Assembly (NCBI GenBank): GCA_965248265.1
Contig: CBDFJF010000001.1
Span: 1,056,001 to 1,120,000 of the forward strand
Length of the DNA: 64,000 nt
Direction: 5' to 3'
Source: Candidatus Latescibacterota bacterium
Lineage (GTDB): Bacteria; Latescibacterota; UBA2968; UBA8231
The stretch's first letter is position 1; the number at the start of each line of letters is the position of its first letter. The position numbers and the translations under genes were made by a program. Positions 1 through 9,666 of this stretch are shown piece after piece. Below the pieces are notes generated by a model, which was given only the letters and a program-made list of their open reading frames with translations, had not been told where the DNA came from and made no database searches.

Positions 1-2
1 CT

Positions 3-1856
3 GGCTTCTCAGCATCCTACGGGGGAACCGTGCCGGCGATTTCTGTCGTCGACGCTGCGGGTCGGGTCTACCGGAGCGAGAAGCCGGACCGCGTCGTGAT
101 CGAGGCCAGCGGTCCGGAGCGCGCGTGCATCCTGATCGAATGCCGCCACAAGGGGCGCGGCTCTAAAACGCTCATGCAGTCGATCATTCGCCTGCACTTC
201 TTCAGGGACAGCCGGCGGGTTCGCGTCGTGCACACCTTCGTGAACGACGGGACTGCGGAGTTCGAGCAGATCCGCTCGCTGAGCCTGAACCTGCCCGTAG
301 ACGCAGGCACGATCAAGCGGCGTGAAGTCTTTGGCACGGGTGCGACGGATGGGATGCTCGAGCTGGCGCAGCTGGAAGACGATCGCTTCACGGTTCGACG
401 GCAGGGAAGGCAGGTGGGCAACGGACGGCGCGCCGACGGCTCCGCGTCGATCGCGGGCGAGAAGGCTACCGTAGCCCTGGCGATGCGCGACTTCTGGCAA
501 AACTACCCGAAGGGTCTCGCCGTCGATGACACCGGGTTCCGGGTGGATATCTGTCCCAACCTCGAAGGGACAGCTTATGAACGGGGCGGAGAACTCGAAG
601 ACCGGCTGTACTACTACCTGCTCGACGGGCAGTACAAGCTGAGCCAGGGCGTGTCGAGGACTCACGACTTCTGGGTCAGCTACGCGCCGGAGGCCGAGCC
701 GCTGCATGCCGTGCAGAATCCGCCGCTCTACCGCGTGCCGCTGTCGGTCCTGAATGACAGCGGTGCCTGGACACGGCTGCCGACAAAGGATCCATCACCG
801 TACCCGCCGTATGAGACATGGGTGGAGAAGGCACGGGAGGCCTATGCCGCAGATCGCGTCTCCTCGCGGGCCTATGGGATGCTCAACTTCGGCGATTGGT
901 ACGGCGAGCGGCGGTACAACTGGGGAAACATGGAGTACGACACGCCCTGGTGTTTTCTGCAGGAGTTCCTGCGGGGTGGGGAGGTGGATTTCTTCAAATG
1001 GGCCGATGAGGCGGCCCGTCACCTGGTGGATGTCGACACGAACCACGCGAGCGGCGGGGCGACACCACTGGGTTCGCAGTACATCCACAGCGTCGGGCAC
1101 GTCGGCGGATACTACCCGGACGGATACCGCGAGCACGCGATGTTTACCGGCTGGACGACGGTTTCCCACACGTGGGTGGAAGGGCTGTTCCTGCACGCAC
1201 TGCTGACGGGAGACAGCCGCAGCCACGACAGCGCCCTGCGGGTGTCGCTGAACCTGGCGGGCGCGATGCTCAACGATTTCGACTTCAACAACTGCCGGGA
1301 TTCGGGCTGGCACCTGATCCACCTGTCCGGTGCCTACCGCGCGACGGGCCGGCGCGTCTTCCTCAACGCCGCCCGGATCATCGTCGACCGCGTGCTCGAA
1401 CGGCAGCGCGACTCGGGAGGGTGGGACCGGCTGATGGTACCCGGGCACTGTCACTGCGATCCGCCGCGGCACACCGGGAACGCCGGTTTCATGGTCGGCA
1501 TCCTGATGGTCGGTCTGAAGCGGTTCTACGATGCAACCGGCGAGAGGAGGGTACCGGATTCGATCGTGCGAGCAGCCGACTACTGCATCGATCGTATGTG
1601 GATACCGGAAACGTCGACGTTCCGCTACACCTGCTGCCCGGAATCCTCGATTTGGCAGGTCGCTGACATGGCCATGCTGAAGGGTGTGGCCGCCGCCTAC
1701 GAGTTCTCGGGCGAAGCGCGTTTCAGACGTGTGGTGGAGGCAGGGATCCAGACGACGATCGGGCGGCCGCCGACCGCGCACCGCGGCGTCGGCAAGAGCA
1801 TCTCCATGCCGATGCGGGGTGCTCCCCAGCTGATCGGGAGCTTGCCGAGTTCGTGA
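3..1856 (+). CDS. YetA/PcRGLX-like (exo-rhamnogalacturonan lyase-like) protein, 5' truncated by window edge
   Basis: Frame is open from base 3. Beta-rich N-part followed by a helical toroid-type part with GMLNFGDW...WGNMEYD, HLVDVD and SHTWVEGL motifs typical of this family. Confidence 0.55.
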   Translation, partial: GFSASYGGTVPAISVVDAAGRVYRSEKPDRVVIEASGPERACILIECRHKGRGSKTLMQSIIRLHFFRDSRRVRVVHTFVNDGTAEFEQIRSLSLNLPVDAGTIKRREVFGTGATDGMLELAQLEDDRFTVRRQGRQVGNGRRADGSASIAGEKATVALAMRDFWQNYPKGLAVDDTGFRVDICPNLEGTAYERGGELEDRLYYYLLDGQYKLSQGVSRTHDFWVSYAPEAEPLHAVQNPPLYRVPLSVLNDSGAWTRLPTKDPSPYPPYETWVEKAREAYAADRVSSRAYGMLNFGDWYGERRYNWGNMEYDTPWCFLQEFLRGGEVDFFKWADEAARHLVDVDTNHASGGATPLGSQYIHSVGHVGGYYPDGYREHAMFTGWTTVSHTWVEGLFLHALLTGDSRSHDSALRVSLNLAGAMLNDFDFNNCRDSGWHLIHLSGAYRATGRRVFLNAARIIVDRVLERQRDSGGWDRLMVPGHCHCDPPRHTGNAGFMVGILMVGLKRFYDATGERRVPDSIVRAADYCIDRMWIPETSTFRYTCCPESSIWQVADMAMLKGVAAAYEFSGEARFRRVVEAGIQTTIGRPPTAHRGVGKSISMPMRGAPQLIGSLPSS

Positions 1857-1976
1857 AGGTGTAGAGGAGGCACTCGTGAGACTTGTCGATTATTCGATTG
1901 TGGTGCGGTTTGCTGCCGTAGTCACCGTCCCCCTGGCGCTTGCCGGTGGCGCTGGCGTTACCACGGACGGTCCCGG

Positions 1977-2173
1977 AGCCCAATTGCTGGCGCGTGTTTT
2001 CGATTGACGTTACCGAGTGCCCTGACTGCGGTGGGCAAATGAGAATCATCGCTGCCCTGACGGACCGCGCTTCGATTCGAACCTACCTTGAGGGCATCGG
2101 CCTGCCCGCTCGGCCACCACCCATCGCACCGGCACGGCATTCCGAACAGTCCCAGTTCGAATACGCGGCTTGA
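1977..2173 (+). pseudogene. IS91/ISCR-family rolling-circle transposase C-terminal remnant
   Basis: AQLLARVF (one frame) then SIDVTECPDCGGQMRIIAALTDRASIRTYLEGIGLPARPPPIAPAR (another frame): the characteristic CxxC...LPxxxPP C-terminus. It cuts off a gene start (GAGGAGG 1864-1870, GTG 1876). Confidence 0.75.
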
Positions 2174-2188
2174 TTGGAAACCAACCCT

Positions 2189-2328
2189 CAGCCTTGAATT
2201 CACCCTCGCTATGCCGGCGAACGCCACCATCACGCACCCAGTCCTCACAAATGTCCCAAGTTCCACTCGACACGAATCCCAAAAGCAACATAAACTAATG
2301 ATAACGGGCCCCTTGTCGCTCTTGTCCC
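2189..2328 (+). mobile_element. IS91/ISCR-like ori-side end, copy 1
   Basis: Directly downstream of the transposase remnant; ends TAAACTAATGATAACGGGCCCCTTGTCGCTCTTGTCCC; aligns over ~140 nt with 54698-54838. Confidence 0.6.
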
Positions 2329-2422
2329 TTGGGCGACCGGGGGAATTGCGCCGCTGCTTCCTTACTGCCACTCTACGCACGACGTCGAACCCAATGCCAG
2401 AACCCTCCTGCCAGGCTGCCCC

Positions 2423-3322
2423 ATGAGACTGACACCCACACAGATTTCGCAGTTCGAGGCCGAGGGCTACCTCCTCCTGCGAGGCGTGCTCACTGACTAC
2501 AATCTCAATCCCATCATCGCCGAGTACGAGCAGCACATCGACCGCCGAGCCGCGCAACTGCTGGCGGAGGGCAAAATCACCGATCTCCACGCCGGCGAGC
2601 CCTTCGACCGTCGTCTCGTCGCCATCTGTCGCGAGTGCAACGAGATCTACGACAATCTCGACATCATGCGTTTCCGCGGCCGCGCGTCCTTCGAGTTTCT
2701 GCGCAACGACAACCTGCTCGACATCGTCGAGGGCCTGGTGGGGCCCGAGATCACCTGCAGCTCCGTCCAGCACACCCGGGCGAAGCTGCCGGAAGGTCTG
2801 ACTCCCACTGGGGGAAATCGCCACGTCGCGCTCTGGCACCAGGACGCCGGGGCCTACGACGAAGAGGCGGACCCGCATTTCGTACTCACCGTCTGGCTGC
2901 CGCTGTCGCCGGCGCGACCGGAGAACGGCTGTCTGCAGATCATCCCGAGGGCGCACAAGGAGGGGTTGCAGAGCCACTGGCAAGAGAGCGGACAGGTGAC
3001 GATGAGGGTCGACAGCGAAACCTCCGCGAAGGCGGGACTCACCCTGCCCATGGACAAGGGCGACCTGCTCCTCATGCACAAGGCGATGCCGCACCGCTCG
3101 ACACTCAATCACAGCGACACGGTGCGCTGGAGCATGGACCTGCGCTACCAGGCCACGGGCACGCCTTCCGGCCGACCGGTCTACCCCGACTTCCCGGTGC
3201 GCAGCGCCACGAATCCCGAATCCGCGCTGACCGACTACGACGAGTGGTGCCGGATGTGGATCGCGGCGCTGGATGGGCTCTACGCGAGCAAACGCCGGGA
3301 ACCTCGCTGGGAGGTGAGGTGA
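2423..3322 (+). CDS. Phytanoyl-CoA dioxygenase (PhyH) family Fe(II)/2-oxoglutarate dioxygenase
   Basis: N-terminal LT..QI..F...GY; WHQD (HxD), ENGCL.IIP..H, distal H in MPHRS, and RWSMDLRY. Confidence 0.9.
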   Translation: MRLTPTQISQFEAEGYLLLRGVLTDYNLNPIIAEYEQHIDRRAAQLLAEGKITDLHAGEPFDRRLVAICRECNEIYDNLDIMRFRGRASFEFLRNDNLLDIVEGLVGPEITCSSVQHTRAKLPEGLTPTGGNRHVALWHQDAGAYDEEADPHFVLTVWLPLSPARPENGCLQIIPRAHKEGLQSHWQESGQVTMRVDSETSAKAGLTLPMDKGDLLLMHKAMPHRSTLNHSDTVRWSMDLRYQATGTPSGRPVYPDFPVRSATNPESALTDYDEWCRMWIAALDGLYASKRREPRWEVR

Positions 3323-3414
3323 CGGATACGAACGATTCAGCAGAACCAACCGTCTCGTGCAGCCACGACAGCAACCGGGACAACCCCGGGGAGGCAGTTC
3401 CCGCTCCCGCAAGC

Positions 3415-3450
3415 CAGACTACCGGTAATGGGCCCTTATCGCTCCTATAC
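3415..3450 (+). mobile_element. IS91/ISCR-like ori-side end, short copy 2
   Basis: CAGACTACCGGTAATGGGCCCTTATCGCTCCTATAC matches the terminal ~37 nt of copies 1 and 3 and ends in CCTATAC, like ISCR oriIS ends. Confidence 0.5.
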
Positions 3451-3572
3451 GTAGCTAATCTGCGACCTGCTTCCGGTCTATGAAGGCACCCCCGAACCAC
3501 TGAATTGGAACCGAACCCCAGGGGTGATGCTGAAATAATCTGAGGTGAGAAGCACTAATCGAGGAACAAGCA

Positions 3573-3818
3573 ATGAAATGGACATTGGTAGCAGCAGCGT
3601 TGTCTGGACCGAATTACGGCCTGTGCAGCGACCCCGGTGACGCCGAACAACTTACGGATGGCGTCTACACGGAGGGTTATTTCTGGGTACAGAAGTCGAC
3701 GGTGGGTTATGCGGAAAAGACGCCCTCCATGGTGACGATTGACCTGGGCGAGGTGAAACCGATACGGGGGGTGTCCTACCACACCGCTGGGGGTTTGCCG
3801 ACGTGCACTGGCCGCTGA
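3573..3818 (+). pseudogene. Fragment of a discoidin/F5-8C-like carbohydrate-binding domain protein
   Basis: PNY...D..QLTDG...VTIDLGEVKPIRGV motif; RBS GAGGA upstream; truncated at 81 aa. Confidence 0.45.
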
Positions 3819-3829
3819 CAATTCGGATC

Positions 3830-4280
3830 CTAGATGGTGTCTGCGCAGCAACCGCAGCCGCAGAAGCCTTCGAAATTGTGGGTTGCATTGAAACCGTCGA
3901 GCCCCAGATCGATCCCCTTGCGGACCATGGCCTTGAGAGTTTGCAGCCACACCGGGTTGGAAATGCAGCCGCTGTAGACATAGTAAGGACGACCTTCGAG
4001 ATGCCTTCGATGCTGTTCTCCCGATGCATCCAACGCATTGGCCGCCGTCGCTGAATCGGCCGGCGACTCGCCGAGCAGGTCGGGAGTCCAGATCCTGTCC
4101 CAGCTGCCGAACAGACCCTTCCCCGTCTCATGATCAGCGTTGTGCCAACACATCGAAAACTGACCGACCACCCGGGCACCGGCGCACGTGATCGAGGACC
4201 AGGTCGGCCGTCGGCAGAGTCCAGTATTCGATTATTCGGTTGAACCAGAATCCCGTATGCATGCGGCAACGATAGCCACA
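3830..4280 (-). pseudogene. Frameshifted fragment of a putative glycoside hydrolase-like TIM-barrel protein
   Basis: GCISNPVW...KGIDLGLDGF...FCGCGCC motif; upstream coding-like sequence lies in other frames. Confidence 0.35.
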
Positions 4281-4315
4281 TTGACACAATCGTTCCACGT
4301 CGCTCTTTTCAATGC

Positions 4316-4864
4316 GTGATTTACTTCGCCTACGGTTCCAACATGCTCGAACGTCGCCTCCAGGACATGTCTCGAGCCCCGTCCGCCACGTTTGAGGCAA
4401 TCGCAGTGTTACGAGGTCGCGAACTCCGCTTCAATAAACGTGGCTCTGATGGGTCTGGTAAATGCAATCTTGTAGAAGGCGGGGAACCGAACTGCGAAGT
4501 ATTTGGAGTATTGTTCGATATCGCTGAGAAAGACTTTGCTACTCTTGATGCAGCGGAGGACACTCATCGCGGCGGTTATACGCGATGCAGAGTCGTGGTT
4601 GAACGACTCGACTCAGCACAACAGGTAGAAGTGGAAACCTACATCGCGAATGACGACTTCGTGGATGAGAACCTCAAACCGTTTGATTGGTATCAGGCAT
4701 TGGTTGTCGCTGGCGCTATGCAACATAGACTGCCAAGCACCTACAGTGCCAAGCTGCGGGCGGTTAGGAGTCTCCCAGATTCCGATCCAGATCGTAGAGA
4801 CAGAGAACTGGACCTCCTCGGCAACTTCCGATTGGCGATTGCCCGCCGATCCACCACCGGTTAG
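4316..4864 (+). CDS. Gamma-glutamylcyclotransferase (AIG2-like) family protein
   Basis: YFAYGSNM, LRFNKRGSDGSGKCN, and LDAAE catalytic-Glu region. Confidence 0.88.
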   Translation: MIYFAYGSNMLERRLQDMSRAPSATFEAIAVLRGRELRFNKRGSDGSGKCNLVEGGEPNCEVFGVLFDIAEKDFATLDAAEDTHRGGYTRCRVVVERLDSAQQVEVETYIANDDFVDENLKPFDWYQALVVAGAMQHRLPSTYSAKLRAVRSLPDSDPDRRDRELDLLGNFRLAIARRSTTG

Positions 4865-4926
4865 CCTCCCGGCCGACGCAAGGGCGAACCGTTCGGGGTC
4901 CCTCCTAACCTGGATATGACACACAC

Positions 4927-5853
4927 ATGCTCACTCGCGATGACCTGAAGGGACCTTGGGCCGGATTGCCCGTCGCTTGGGATGAAAATTTCAATTTTGA
5001 CGAGGAGGCCTATCGCACCGACCTGGAACGGGCCTGCAAAGCTGGCGTGCCCGGCGTCTACACGGCCGGTACCACCGGCGAATTTTACGCCATGGAACTG
5101 GACGAGTGGAAACAGATCACGAGGGTCACGGTGGATGAATGCAAGAGACACGGCACGCCTGCCATGATCGGCGTAACCTCCACCTACACTCTGGGAGCCC
5201 AGCGCCGGGCCGCGTACGCCGCCGAAATCGGCGCCGATGCGGTGCAGGTCGCTCTGCCTTTCTGGATGGAGATGGCCGACCGGGATATCAGTGGGTTTTT
5301 CGAGGATGTCGTCAAAGCCTGTCCGGGACTGGCCTTGACCATCTACGAGACCATGCGGACCAAGAAGGCACTGACTCTCGAGCAGCACCGCGTCATCTTC
5401 GATGTCACAGGCTGCTACTACGCGGTGAAGTCGAATTCAAATACCATTGGCAGTTCGCCGGAGGGCTGCCGGCAGCTGAGTGGGTTTGTCAATGTCTGGG
5501 TAAGCGAAGAACTGTGGTCCAGTCTGGGGCCCTGCGGAGCCATCGGCTGTGCCAGTGCGCTGGTCTATGCCAATCCGCGCGTCATCCTGCACATGTTCGA
5601 ATTGTTGCAGCAGCAGCAATGGGAGCAGCTGAAGCCGTGGACGGATATGCTGGCGCGGCTCACCCAGGGCCTGCAGCCGTTTACGGAAAAAGGGTTCACC
5701 GACACGGCCTATGATCATATGCAGGGTTTGGCAACCGGTTTCCTCAGCATGAATCCGCGATCTCGCGGCACCTACCTGAGTGCCACGGATGAAGATGTAC
5801 AGCGACTGCGGGCCTGGATGGCCGAAAATATCCCGGAGTTCCTGGAGCTTTGA
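4927..5853 (+). CDS. Dihydrodipicolinate synthase (DapA/NanA/NahE)-like aldolase
   Basis: GTTGEF motif, GADAV, IYE, and Schiff-base Lys in YAVKS. Confidence 0.88.
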   Translation: MLTRDDLKGPWAGLPVAWDENFNFDEEAYRTDLERACKAGVPGVYTAGTTGEFYAMELDEWKQITRVTVDECKRHGTPAMIGVTSTYTLGAQRRAAYAAEIGADAVQVALPFWMEMADRDISGFFEDVVKACPGLALTIYETMRTKKALTLEQHRVIFDVTGCYYAVKSNSNTIGSSPEGCRQLSGFVNVWVSEELWSSLGPCGAIGCASALVYANPRVILHMFELLQQQQWEQLKPWTDMLARLTQGLQPFTEKGFTDTAYDHMQGLATGFLSMNPRSRGTYLSATDEDVQRLRAWMAENIPEFLEL

Positions 5854-5938
5854 GTGCTGGGGAATCGCCGATCGTACTCCCTGACGTTACCCGGTTTGTT
5901 TGATGCCTCGCCCCAGTCCGGGACGATGAGGAGGTTTT

Positions 5939-6960
5939 ATGCAGTGGTTGTCTTTTCCCGATCCGAACTGTCAGGTCTGCGGATTTCCCTGGTTCTCAGA
6001 GACGGCGCCGATGCTGTGGCGATTCCCCGAACGCATGAAGGCGCGCCTGCAGGGAAGCAGGTGGCTTTATGAGGCCGGGCAGCAGACTGCCGGTGGCCGC
6101 CTGCGATTTCGTACCGATACGGGATCGCTCTCGCTGAAGGCCCGGTTTCCCGAATTTTCGATTCGCACCAACATGACGCAGTACACGGTGCACGGGATCT
6201 CCACCTATGTGGACGGCCGCTGCTGGTCGTCCCGAATTCCCGGCGCGGAAGGGGGCGAAGCAGAGCTGTCCCTGTTCGACGAGTGCCCGGGCAGATGCGG
6301 AACGTCTGCCTGTACCTACCCCTCTACGGGCCGTTGGAGGTACTCTCGATTGGTCTGGATGAGGACGCCGGGTTTGAACTGCCGGCACCATTTGCTTTTG
6401 AGAAACCGGTTCTGTTCTACGGTACGTCCATCACTCAGGGGGGAAACGCTTCCCGCCCCGGGCTGAGCTATCAGGCCATGCTCGCCCGCGATCTCAACCT
6501 GGACTATGCCAATTTCGGTTTTGCCGGGAAGGGACGTTGCGAGCGGGAGGTTGCCGAGGTACTGGCGGAGGTCGAGGCCGAATGTTATGTGCTGGACGTG
6601 GGGCAGAATACGTCGCCTGAGCAACTCCGGGACCGGTTCAAACCCTTTATGGATACCCTGCGCGATGCCCAGCCACAAACGCCGCTTCTGGCGACCACGC
6701 CGATTTTCAACAGTTCAGAGCTGTGGTCACAAGTGCACCAGCAAACGGTTGGGGAGAAGCGGGATATCATCCGTTGGGCAGTTCAGGACCGAAAGCAAGC
6801 TGGTGACCAAGGGGTCCATCTGCTCGAGGCCGCGGACTATCTGGGGGGTGATTTTACGGATGGCTCGGTTGACGGGGGGCACCCGAACGACCTCGGTTTT
6901 GCCCGCATGGCCGAGGCAATGAAGCCGAGGTGGCTGAGATTCTCGGACTCGGACCGATGA
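5939..6960 (+). pseudogene. SGNH/GDSL hydrolase with N-terminal beta domain, split by single-base deletion(s)
   Basis: 5939-6280 N-domain (GGRLRFRTD) joins the 6283 ORF (LYLPLY, FYGTSITQG, NFGFAG, DGGHPND) if one G is restored at ~6281. A second probable missing G at ~6930 alters the C-terminus. Confidence 0.8.
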
Positions 6961-7011
6961 AAGACATAGAGGCAGCCGGCGCAACAACGTTATAGCAAGG
7001 AAACAACCAGC

Positions 7012-7599
7012 ATGAAACGGATTGTGTGCATTGGCGATTCAATTCACGGGGGGTACGAGTCGACGGTGATCGGTGAGCTCGCCGGTTGGGGCGAGGTCCT
7101 GGGTATAGGTGGCATTCAAGGGGGTCACACCCGCAACGTTCTCGAGCACCTGCGCGAATGGGCCATCGATCTCGATCCCGATATCGTGCACATGAACGCC
7201 GGCCTACACGACATGGCTCGGGATCCCGGGCCGGGTCCCGAGCACAGAGTGTCCCTGGAGGAGTACGGAGCAAACTTGAAGCAGATATTTTCGATTCTTC
7301 AAAACGAAACGAAAGCAAGAGTGCTTTTCGCGCTGACGACACCGGTGGACCTCGCCCGTCAACATGCTGTCGATTACGGATGCAGTCGAACTGAGGAGGA
7401 TGTAGTCACTTACAACGCTGTGGCTCGCGCCGCGGCGGCTGAGTGCGATGTCCCCGTCGTCGATCTGTACCAGGTGATCGTCGATCACGGCATCGCAGAG
7501 ATGTTGGGGGAGGACGGCGTTCATTTTACGAAAAACGGCTCGGCCGTCCTCGGTAAGGCGGTCGCCGAATTCATCAGGGCCCAAGGAGAGAGGGCGTGA
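7012..7599 (+). CDS. SGNH/GDSL hydrolase
   Basis: CIGDSI block I, NAGLHD block III, DGVHF block V; RBS AAGGA. Confidence 0.9.
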   Translation: MKRIVCIGDSIHGGYESTVIGELAGWGEVLGIGGIQGGHTRNVLEHLREWAIDLDPDIVHMNAGLHDMARDPGPGPEHRVSLEEYGANLKQIFSILQNETKARVLFALTTPVDLARQHAVDYGCSRTEEDVVTYNAVARAAAAECDVPVVDLYQVIVDHGIAEMLGEDGVHFTKNGSAVLGKAVAEFIRAQGERA

Positions 7600-7762
7600 G
7601 CGCCCACAATCGACAGACTTCGAGGTTGGACCATGGACAGCATACGCATGTGCACTAACATTCTCGTGCAAACGGCCGCCGGGGCCATTACTCATCGGGA
7701 AATTCCCGGGACTCGTTCTGCGATCGGGACTTCAGATCGGGACACCAGACAGACAGGTCTTC

Positions 7763-9571
7763 GTGACAAAGAGACTTTCAGGACATTCGGCCCACATCGA
7801 GGCGATTCTCAACACGGTTGGGGAGGGCATTATCACAGCGGATACGGAGCAGGTGATCCTGCTAGCCAATCAGGAAGCGGAGAGGATCTTCGGGTATCAG
7901 CAAGATGAACTCTATGGAGTAACGCTCCAGGCGTTGATGCCCGAGAAATACCGCGCCCGCCATCACACCGGTTTTTCCAGGGCCGTTTCAAGCCAAGAGC
8001 TTCTGACATCCGGAAAATACCTGGAACTCGAGGGGCTCCGGAAAGACGGAGAGGTTTTTCCACTGGAGATTCGCTTTACATCTCTCATAGTGGAAGGTGA
8101 ACGATTCTTCACTGCATCGGTTCGAGACATCACGGCTCGGAAGCGCGCACAGGCGTTGCGGCACGATGCCGAAGTAGCAGCTACGGAGGCAGAGCAAGCG
8201 AACGAGGCCAAGAGCGCCTTTCTCGCCAACATGAGTCACGAACTTCGCTCACCGCTCAACGCAATCATCGGGTTCAGCCAACTGCTGCAACGCAGTGACG
8301 AAGTTGGCGAGGGGCAGCGCGAAAGTGTGCGAATCATAGGTCGTAGCGGTGAGCATCTCTTGGCGCTTATCAATGATGTGCTGGAGATGTCTCGGATCGA
8401 GGCAGGACGCACGGTGCTCGAAGAGAGCGCCTTTGACCTGCCCGGGTTGATCAACAGCATAGTCGATATGTTCCGGCTCACAGCCCAGGACAAAGGACTG
8501 CAGCTGAGTTGTGTCCTGGGCGAAGAGGTGCCGCGCTACGCGTACGCCGACGAGGGCAAGTTGCGCCAAATCTTGATCAATCTGCTCGGCAACGCCATAA
8601 AATTTACCCAGGTGGGTGGGGTTCATGTGGAGGTCCACTCCAGTGCGGGACGACTGATCGTGGAGGTTGCTGACAGTGGCCCCGGCATCGCCCCCGAGGA
8701 ACTGGAGACGCTCTTCGACGTCTTTGTGCAGACCCAGTCTGGACGCCAAACGCACACTGGCACCGGGCTTGGCCTGGCCATCAGCCAGCGCTTTGCTCAG
8801 TTGATGGGCGGCGACATCGAGGTGGACAGCGCAGTGGACCGGGGCTCGACCTTCCGACTCGAACAACCGCTGGCTCCGGCACAAGCCAACGACCTGCCAT
8901 CTTCAGAAGTGGACAGAAAAGTCCTGCACCTGGCGGACGGCCAGGCCGAGTGGCGTATTCTAGCGGTCGATGACCAGGCAGACACTCGCCGGCTGCTGCG
9001 CCAGGTATTGGAGCCGCTGGGGTTTCAAGTGCGCGAGGCCTCCGACGGCCAAGAGGGCATCCAGGTGTGGCGGGAATGGCAGCCCCAGCTGATCTGGATG
9101 GACATGCGCATGCCGGTCATGGATGGGTACGAGGCGACGCGCCAGATCAGGGAGAGCGTGGAGGGTAAAGGAACGAGGATCATCGCCCTGACAGCCAATG
9201 CCTTCGAGGAGGACCGCCAGAAGGTGCTCGATGCCGGCTGTGACGACTTCGTACGCAAGCCGTTCCGCGAGGCAGAGCTGTTCGAAAAGATGGTGACTTA
9301 CCTGGGGGTGTCTTTTGTCTATGCCGATGACGATCTCTCTTCCGAGGAAACCGTCGAGCTGGATGGTGAGGCGCTGGAGGTGATGCCCGAATCCTGGCGA
9401 CAGGCAGTGAGGCAGGCCGCACTCACGGCAGATGGGGAAGCGCTGAACGACCTCATTGAAGTCATTCCTCTCAAGGAAGCTCTCCTGTCTCAACAGTTGC
9501 GCGAGATGGTACGAGACTTTCGCTTCAGAGAGCTCATCAGACTGACCACCGACCCTCCAGGATCCTCTTGA
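7763..9571 (+). CDS. Cytoplasmic PAS-HisKA-HATPase-REC hybrid histidine kinase
   Basis: PAS (NQEAERIFGY, RKDGEVFP), H-box MSHELRSPL, NLLGNAIKF, GTGLGL, receiver WMDMRMP. Confidence 0.93.
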   Translation: MTKRLSGHSAHIEAILNTVGEGIITADTEQVILLANQEAERIFGYQQDELYGVTLQALMPEKYRARHHTGFSRAVSSQELLTSGKYLELEGLRKDGEVFPLEIRFTSLIVEGERFFTASVRDITARKRAQALRHDAEVAATEAEQANEAKSAFLANMSHELRSPLNAIIGFSQLLQRSDEVGEGQRESVRIIGRSGEHLLALINDVLEMSRIEAGRTVLEESAFDLPGLINSIVDMFRLTAQDKGLQLSCVLGEEVPRYAYADEGKLRQILINLLGNAIKFTQVGGVHVEVHSSAGRLIVEVADSGPGIAPEELETLFDVFVQTQSGRQTHTGTGLGLAISQRFAQLMGGDIEVDSAVDRGSTFRLEQPLAPAQANDLPSSEVDRKVLHLADGQAEWRILAVDDQADTRRLLRQVLEPLGFQVREASDGQEGIQVWREWQPQLIWMDMRMPVMDGYEATRQIRESVEGKGTRIIALTANAFEEDRQKVLDAGCDDFVRKPFREAELFEKMVTYLGVSFVYADDDLSSEETVELDGEALEVMPESWRQAVRQAALTADGEALNDLIEVIPLKEALLSQQLREMVRDFRFRELIRLTTDPPGSS

Positions 9572-9666
9572 CGCATCGCCACAGCGTGCCGGAGACGCAC
9601 ACACGTGAGACGGTGGGTTTCGACTCACCATCTCGGATCAGGACGGCTGAGCGGCAAGGTCAATCT

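Noticed and set aside
4859-4910. GGTTAG...CTAACC inverted ends after the GGCT gene
   Set aside because: Only 6 bp pair, and the order is opposite to that of an attC site.
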